DNA of 63,552 nucleotides, the filler included, from Octopus bimaculoides (lineage: Eukaryota): the NCBI RefSeq assembly GCF_001194135.2. It is 7 parts of 6 records of this genome, joined end to end, with 100 filler letters (N's around TTAATTAATTAA, not from the genome) between each part and the next. Parts side by side here need not be neighbours in the genome. Positions count along the whole stretch, not along the records: positions 47,196 to 58,954 come from NC_068982.1; positions 59,055 to 62,252 come from NC_068985.1; positions 62,353 to 63,552 come from NC_068988.1; 4 more parts are not named here. One strand, given 5' to 3'. Of this stretch, positions 56,520 to 63,552 are shown in pieces. The notes beneath the pieces were generated by a model that saw only the letters and a list, made by a program, of their open reading frames with translations, did not search any database and had not been told where the DNA came from. How positions within the stretch are numbered: position 1 is the first letter of the stretch; every line of letters begins with the position of its first letter. A program made the position numbers and the translations under genes.

Positions 56520-57479
56520 ACTTATTCATACATACATACATAATACATACATACATACATACATACATACATACATGCATGCATGCATACATACATACAT
56601 ACATACATACATACTTACATGTATGTATGTGTGTGTATGTATGTATGTATGTATGTATGTATGTATGCTCTATTCCGGATGTATGCGTGCCTGTGAATTA
56701 AATAATGTTCTATTTTATTGGCCACATGCAAAAATTAAAAGAAATAAATGGATATCGTTAGATTGGAAATAATTTCCATAATAATTGACTCTGTGAATTA
56801 GAGAAAAAGAGATACAGACATATACATAAACAAAACCCATGCACAAAATACAGAAAATAGCACACGTGTTGTGTAGAGTAGTTTCAGAACAGTCGAAAAA
56901 TGCCAATACATAAAAAAAATACTGCAAGTGCGCAAGGCATATAGAATTACACTCGGTTTGGCGATGAAAATGCGCAATAAAAATAAAGGTCTAGGAATTT
57001 TTTTAATTTTGGAGAAGTTATGGTCGAATATACCAAAACCATCAGTTAACATTAGTAGTATTTAAATTCATACCGTAAAGAGAAATATCTAAGCACAGTG
57101 AAGAAAATTTAGTAAAACCTGTGGACAGAATCCTTTATCATGCTAATTTCATACTGATTTCATTCCTTTGCATTGTGTGTTCAGTGTGGGTGAGATAATG
57201 CTACTCAAGTCCTGCCAATGTAAAAAAATCATTATTTTGGGGGAGCTTTTGTTTTTCTAACTTTGGAGAAATCATGTAATGACGTCGTATTAACGCCGAT
57301 GACGTCGATGCTAACTTGGGGCTAAACAACAACGTAAGTATTTATAATGTTTTTTTAGATGGGCACAATGCCAGGAATTTGAGCAAAGGCAAGATTCGAG
57401 CTCGGAGCGGAGAAACACCCGAATTAAGCACTTAAACACAACAAGTCCAACACTGTAACATTTCTTCCAATCATTTCTA

Positions 57480-58350
57480 ACAGAAGCACAAGGCCGTGAA
57501 TTTAGGTGTGGGGTTAGAGAAAGTTGATTAAATCAGCCCTAGTTCATGTTGGGTACTTTATTTTATCGATAACTGTAAGATGACAAGTAAAATTGACCTA
57601 GGCTACATTTCAACTAAGAACGTAAAGAGCTGAAACAAAAACCGAAAGGCTCTAACGATTCTGTTGTCCTATCTCACTATCATAAGTACTAATAATGGTT
57701 TCAAATTTGACACACGGTCAACAGAGAAGGGGAGAAGGAAATCGATTACATCGACCTTAGTATGGGGTACTTATTTTATCGACCCATAAAGGATGAACGA
57801 CAATGTCGACCTCGGCGGAATTGAGCTCAAAACTTAAAGACGGACGAAATGACGCTATGCACTTTCTCCGGCGTGCTAAGGATTTTGCCAGCTCGCTGCC
57901 TTATATAAGTACTAATAAACCTTTCTACTATAGGCACAAAACCTGAAATTTTTCGGAGAGGAGATTAGTCGATAGCATCGACCCCAGTAATCAACTGGTA
58001 CTTATTTTATCGGCCTCGTAAAGATGAAAGGCAAAGTCGACCTCGGCGGAATATAAACTAACATCGTAAAGACAGACGAAATGCCGCTAAGCGTCTTGCT
58101 CGGTGTGCTAACGATTCTGCTAGCTCACCGACTTTATGTAATACTATAGGCACAAGACCTGAAAACTGTGGGAGGAGGTAGTCGATTACATCGACCCCAG
58201 TGTTTCACTGATACTTATTTTATCGACCTCGAAAGGATGAAAAGTAAAGTCGAACTGGACAGAGTATGAACTCAGAATGTGAAGACGGACGAAATACCAC
58301 TAAGCATTTCGTCCGGTGTACTAACGATTCTGCCAGCGCACCACCTTTAT
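57480..58350 (-). mobile_element. Head-to-tail array of 4-5 diverged SINE family 3 copies
   Basis: The segment GTACTTATTTTATCG...GTCGACCTCGGCGGAA...GACGAAAT...TAACGATTCTG recurs about every 200-230 bp. Confidence 0.8.
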
Positions 58351-58656
58351 GTACGTACTAATAATGAAATTGTTTAGGCTAGTCATGCACCATCACCTGT
58401 AGCAAAGAACTGACATATTTGCGAGAAAAGAAAAAAGCTACGGATTTCATAAAGAGTTGATATACAGTAAAATATATACCAGTCATATAATATTTAGGTA
58501 TATGGGTAATGCACAATATCCAGTTTGCAAGGCATTTGGCGAACTGTATCTAATGAGAAGTCATTATTTAATTAAATGCTCCATTAAAAATTAATTTTAA
58601 ATTTTCTTTTGAAGCCTTTACAATTTTCCGCAGTGTTATATTCTTTAGTCGAGTTA

Positions 58657-58738
<82 letters not shown>

Positions 58739-59054
58739 TGTTGTTGTTGTTGTTGTATTGCAGTAGTTGCTGCTTTGGTTGTTTATAATTTCTAGTTAAG
58801 CGTAACATGTTTGTGGAATCCTGCACATTTGTCTTTGTTCTTTTTCCAGAAACTCAGAAACATTATAGTTTTTCTTTGTTTTATTTTGCTCGTATATTTT
58901 TAAAATTTCATTTGTTTTTTCTGTCGGTTTTTATGAAGCTAGAAAACTTTATTTNNNNNNNNNNNNNNNNNNNNNNNNNNNNNNNNNNNNNNNNNNNNTT
59001 AATTAATTAANNNNNNNNNNNNNNNNNNNNNNNNNNNNNNNNNNNNNNNNNNNN

Positions 59055-59422
59055 TCGCTCCACTACTGCTTAGAAATATTATATTTCTAATTTTGCTGAT
59101 CAGTGAATGAACTTCACTATGATTTACATAAGTTTGTGAAGGAGAAACAGGCCTCTCTATCCAGCTGGCAAGCTACTTCAGGCTGATGACGAGCAAAGAC
59201 TCAGAAACATGTCCCTGAATGCTGGCTAGGCTGGGTGGGGGAGCTTGTCTCTCCTTCACAAACTTAAGGACACAGTAATTGTGTCAAGGCCGACAGGAAG
59301 CGGTCCAGCTTCCTAGGGCTAAACAACAGTAGTGTATTCCCTTATTGGGATTGTCACATTAAGTTGACAATATACTACAACTTTGTCGCTCCACTACTGC
59401 TTAGAAATATTATATTTCTAAT
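59055..59422 (+). mobile_element. Candidate retrozyme / Penelope-type pLTR unit (331-bp period) containing the hammerhead
   Basis: Identical 37-bp direct repeats at 59055-59091 and 59386-59422; no ORF; several perfect stems; begins immediately after a placeholder gap. Confidence 0.65.
59177..59219 (+). ncRNA. Minimal type I hammerhead ribozyme motif
   Basis: Helix I TTCAGG(59177-82)/CCTGAA(59214-19); core CTGATGA(59183-89); helix II GAG-CAAAGA-CTC with a C.A mismatch at the closing pair; GAAA(59204-07); palindromic ACATGT helix III; GUC cleavage triplet (59211-13). Confidence 0.8.
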
Positions 59423-59461
59423 ATATATACACACATATATATATGTGTAAAAGCATAAAAG

Positions 59462-59494
<33 letters not shown>

Positions 59495-59929
59495 CGCACA
59501 CACACACACACATACATACGTCTGTATGTATGTGTGTATGCTCATTGTTCTTTTTATTGTCGTTATTCGTTTTTCAGGTCGGACCTACTTAGGTTTGAGA
59601 GAGCTGCGCTTGGTATTTTTTTTTTCTGACACCTGCATAATTGTATGACAATTTGTATAATTTGAACAACTGTTTTTGTAATTATTACAACATTAAGAAA
59701 AAAAGTAAAAGAAGCAAAAGATTTCAAAAGATTTCTCGGAAACATCTGTGAAAACTTTTTCTTTGTTACTACTCTAAAACTGTTTCTATCAGCCAATTTA
59801 TTTATATATATATATATAGAAATTTTTTCCACTTGTGATGTTTGCATTGTATTGGAGTTTAACGAGATGTTATTATGAGGTCTTAAATTCAATGGATATA
59901 TTTTATAACTAACTGTGTGTGTGTGTGTG

Positions 59930-60015
<86 letters not shown>

Positions 60016-60017
60016 AG

Positions 60018-60048
<31 letters not shown>

Positions 60049-60049
60049 G

Positions 60050-60194
60050 ATTTTTAGGAAGTTAAATGTTATGGCTGGTCATAGAGTGACATTTGTTCCT
60101 CACCTGTAAAGTGCTTAATAGTATAAATGACTCTATAAGTGCTAAACCAATGGTCACTCTATGACCATCCATAACAGCTAACTTCCTTAAAAAT
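60050..60194. mobile_element. MITE-like element with ~45-bp terminal inverted repeats
   Basis: ATTTTTAGGAAGTTAAATGTTATGGCTGGTCATAGAGTGAC pairs with GTCACTCTATGACCATCCATAACAGCTAACTTCCTTAAAAAT. Confidence 0.6.
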
Positions 60195-60255
60195 TTATTA
60201 CTGTTCTAATGCTTTAGAGTGTGCTTCTTTTTGGGATATATGAACTACTGTGTGG

Positions 60256-60286
<31 letters not shown>

Positions 60287-60440
60287 GTTTTGAAGGGTAA
60301 TGGAGTCAACCAGACCCTAATGATACAGGTAATACCGAGTAAGTGCTGTATACTGACTAGTTTTGCCCCAGATGTGGTTGCAACATGAATGGAGAATATA
60401 ACATGGGTCGTGTATTAGCGTGTGTATATATAAAAAAAAC

Positions 60441-60655
60441 AATGAGATAAAGAGACCAATGACATAAGTAAATTTATATTTTATTTAGAATGTGTTGCAG
60501 CTGTTTCAGGGAAAATTCAATGTATCCCTTCATCGGAGACGGTAATAGTATTATCGTCTCTGATGAAGGGATAAATTGAATTTTCCCTGAAACAGCTGCA
60601 ACACATTCTACATAAAATATAAATTTACTTATGCCATTGGTCTCTTTATCTCATT
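60441..60655. repeat. Near-perfect palindrome, 107-bp arms with a 1-nt spacer; each arm carries a degenerate hammerhead-like motif
   Basis: Arms 60441-60547 and 60549-60655 differ at 5 positions by manual alignment. Confidence 0.9.
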
Positions 60656-60989
60656 CTTTATATATATATATATATATATAGTTAAGATTCAGTTGAATTA
60701 GGTACTTAAATTGAGGCACCTTGCTAGGTTGGTATAATCCGCTCACCTAAACAATATTAATTGAATATTGAATATCAAGATTCTGTGCAGGGATGTTTTT
60801 GTACCTGATATTCCTGCCGTGTGTGCAGACAATGGAACCCAGCTAAGTAAAGATATCTGCTCTTGGTAATTCAGACATGTACTTTTATAACGGTACTTTC
60901 TATAATATTTCCGAAGTACAAATTCCAAGTCAGGTGAACAGAATATAAATGAATAACTAAGATGTACATGTGTAAATTCATTATGGTCA

Positions 60990-61230
60990 TTTCAAGCAGC
61001 TCCTTTAACTGATTAATGAAAGCATTACATCAGTTTGAAAGAAACCGTTCTCGTCAGATGACTGCATAGACTTCAAGCATAAGGATATAACCATTATATA
61101 AACATTACCAAATATGCTTTAAAAAATGGTTATCTTCTTTGGTTTGAAGTATATGCGGTCATTTGATGAGAACGGTTTCTTTCAAATTGATGTAATGCTT
61201 TCATTAAGCAATTAAAGGAGCCACTTGAAA
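60990..61230. repeat. Diverged foldback / MITE-like inverted repeat (~105-bp arms)
   Basis: ...ATTAATGAAAGCATTACATCAGTTTGAAAGAAACCGTTCTC... pairs with ...GAGAACGGTTTCTTTCAAATTGATGTAATGCTTTCATTAA.... Confidence 0.8.
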
Positions 61231-63357
61231 ACAAGGATGGGAAAAAAACGGAGAAATGGTACACAAATGCAAATAACAGAACATTAACAACGGGTGTCTT
61301 TCGACTAAGGATGAATTGAATTAAGCTGGTGTGTGTGGAAGTAAAGTCTTATGGCAGGGACATAAGATTTGACAGGCACAGGGAGGAATATAGATGTTGC
61401 ACGGGTGGTAATCCAACCAAGAAAGAAAGGTCAGGCTTGGCCGAACACCAGTCATGTGTGGAGAGAAGAGAGAGAGGTAGGGGCAGAGGAATAGAAGAAT
61501 TAAGGAGGGGCGAGAAAAATTGAAAGAGACAGTGTGAAGTGAAAGAGGCGGGAAGGTGAGCATGAAGAGAAGGCCAGAGAGAGAGAGAGAGAGAGAAAGG
61601 GCAGTGTGAATGAATGGCCAAGAAGCTCTCTTTGCATTCACAAAGTGTTGGTTTTGACTTCACAGCTTTGTCAAATGGCATTTTCTATAACCTCAGCTCT
61701 GCCCATGAAATTAAATTGATGGAAAAGGCAGAAGTCAATCGAATGGATTTTACTTTTATTTTAAGTGTCCAGCCTTAACACACTATGTCACATTGATTCT
61801 GCCTGAGAATTACATGAAGGATACACGAGTCTTTAGAATACTCAGTTGTCAATACAGTGTAAGAAGGTTATAGAGAAGTTACTGAACAAATGTAAATGGC
61901 AGAAATAAAGACATCAAATGATCTGGGATGTACTAGGAGATGAGACTTTAGTTATTCTGCTTAGGCACAGGTGTGACTTTGTGGCAAGAGGTTTGCTCCA
62001 CGTTTTCAGATTCAGTTTCACTGCATAGTACCTTGGGTAAGTGTCTTCTACTATAGCCTCAAAGTGACCAAACTCTTCGGTGTGTGAGAACATGGTTGTT
62101 GGGACGTTGGTATATTGACGTGAGCTGTCTAGCGTGAGTTCGAAAGATGGAGATACAGCTAGACACGTCCTTGCTCAATCGCTGGCCAGCAAGAAAGAGA
62201 TCGATCAAAGCGGGAAAGCTTGGTTGTTGAATTCCACGCATGCATATATATANNNNNNNNNNNNNNNNNNNNNNNNNNNNNNNNNNNNNNNNNNNNTTAA
62301 TTAATTAANNNNNNNNNNNNNNNNNNNNNNNNNNNNNNNNNNNNNNNNNNNNATATATATATATATATATATACAAACAACAAATCATATCAAAATATAC
62401 ATAGGTCAAATCATTTATATACATACATCAAAGTAGCTTCTGATAACTCGAGTTATTAATTTGCACACTATAAGTGTTTAAGACTTTATTTAGTATCAGA
62501 GGCGTCTCAGTAGGGAACTCACTTCACACAGTAACTATGTAGGATGCAACTGAATCTTCATTCTGAAAGTGTTGTATGTTATTTTTAATATTTTCTCTTT
62601 TGTGTTCATGATATAATATTCATTGAATGTAATGTTTGGCTGTATTTGATGTTTAAATGCTAGAATGGAAGGTTGTGGGATTCGTTAAGCGCTACTTGAA
62701 GTATTTTGTTGTGGAAAAAAATCATTGGGAATTTCTGTAGAGTTTGAGTACTTGCGTAGCACTGGTTAAAGAGCCAACACGGAATGTCGCATGCGTACGA
62801 GTTGCTCTGTATGGGAAATGCACAAGTGGCATTGGCGTGGCTTGTATCCAGCCTGCTCAGAAGAATAGAAGCTATCACTTTAGCAGAAGAAAAAGTAGAA
62901 AGAGCAGACAGAACGCCCGCGTGTCTAAAGCTGGAGTACGCCCCTGACTTTATGTCTGTAAGATGGATGGCCTTTCACAGGAAGTAATCAAGAATGTCTG
63001 TAGAATGTTAGCACCATTGTCCCAGATGTGATGTTTCAACACTCCATTGTGGTTCTGATCTGAGCTTTTAGAAGTATCAATAATTGTTGGAGTAGAGCAA
63101 AGAATCTGTAACTGTTAGTGGAGTTGCTCATTTCTCAATAACCTCGATTTCTACTTTTCAGTGAAAATCGTTCGACTGTGATGTTTTGAAGTTTGTAAAA
63201 GTGATTTTCTGTTCTTCATTAATGTATTTTGCTAATTAATAGATGATCCGATGAAAATATTTGAATTGTTTGCCAAATGGTTGTGGTAGCCAAGTTTGTG
63301 GAGAAAAAAATTTGATGTCTGGGAAAGAGTTCATATAGCTACACACACACACAAACA

Positions 63358-63434
<77 letters not shown>

Positions 63435-63552
63435 ACATAGTCAATCACAAACATACACATGTACCTGCTAACTAAGATGGGCATAAAAATTCAATATGTG
63501 AACGATATTTTCTTCAGTGGAACGCCACCTATCGGAATTATCTAAAATCAAG

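Noticed and set aside
61030-61065. Minus-strand CTGACGA-GAAC..TTC near the foldback
   Set aside because: No GAAA and no NUH in the correct position; not a hammerhead.
62660-63150. GC-richer stretch with several short ORFs, vaguely like an RT/PLE fragment
   Set aside because: No convincing motif in any frame; left unassigned.
446-63484. Most ORF-track entries (YI/CV/TH/poly-I/poly-N/poly-X peptides)
   Set aside because: They are translations of microsatellites or N gaps with no protein-like complexity.

Overview
Eukaryotic, AT-rich, repeat-dominated scaffold window with many N gaps. The SINE, LINE and mariner content looks like an octopus (coleoid cephalopod) genome; this is inferred from recalled repeat families, not from a database search. 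Almost all entries in the ORF track are artefacts of microsatellites or N runs. Only two host-gene exons are recognisable: the terminal coding exon of Cullin-1 (minus strand, 17884-17964) and the terminal coding exon of ACSF3/malonate-CoA ligase (plus strand, 36615-37009). I found no upstream exons for either gene. The rest is decayed mobile DNA: tRNA-type SINEs, RTE and RLE-type (Dong/R4-like) LINEs, a Penelope-like element with an inverted terminal repeat, mariner/Tc1 and Chapaev-like transposase remnants, MITE-like foldbacks and microsatellites. Most interesting signals: (1) a 331-bp, highly structured, ORF-less unit bounded by 37-bp direct repeats that carries a near-canonical minimal type I hammerhead ribozyme (59055-59422), a candidate retrozyme/circular-RNA retroelement; (2) five duplicated ~45-60 nt hairpin-forming islands in two families within about 1.1 kb (45.68-46.72 kb, minus strand), with a compensatory base-pair change, a candidate lineage-specific microRNA cluster or non-coding host gene; (3) a 215-bp near-perfect palindrome carrying two degenerate hammerhead-like motifs (60441-60655).
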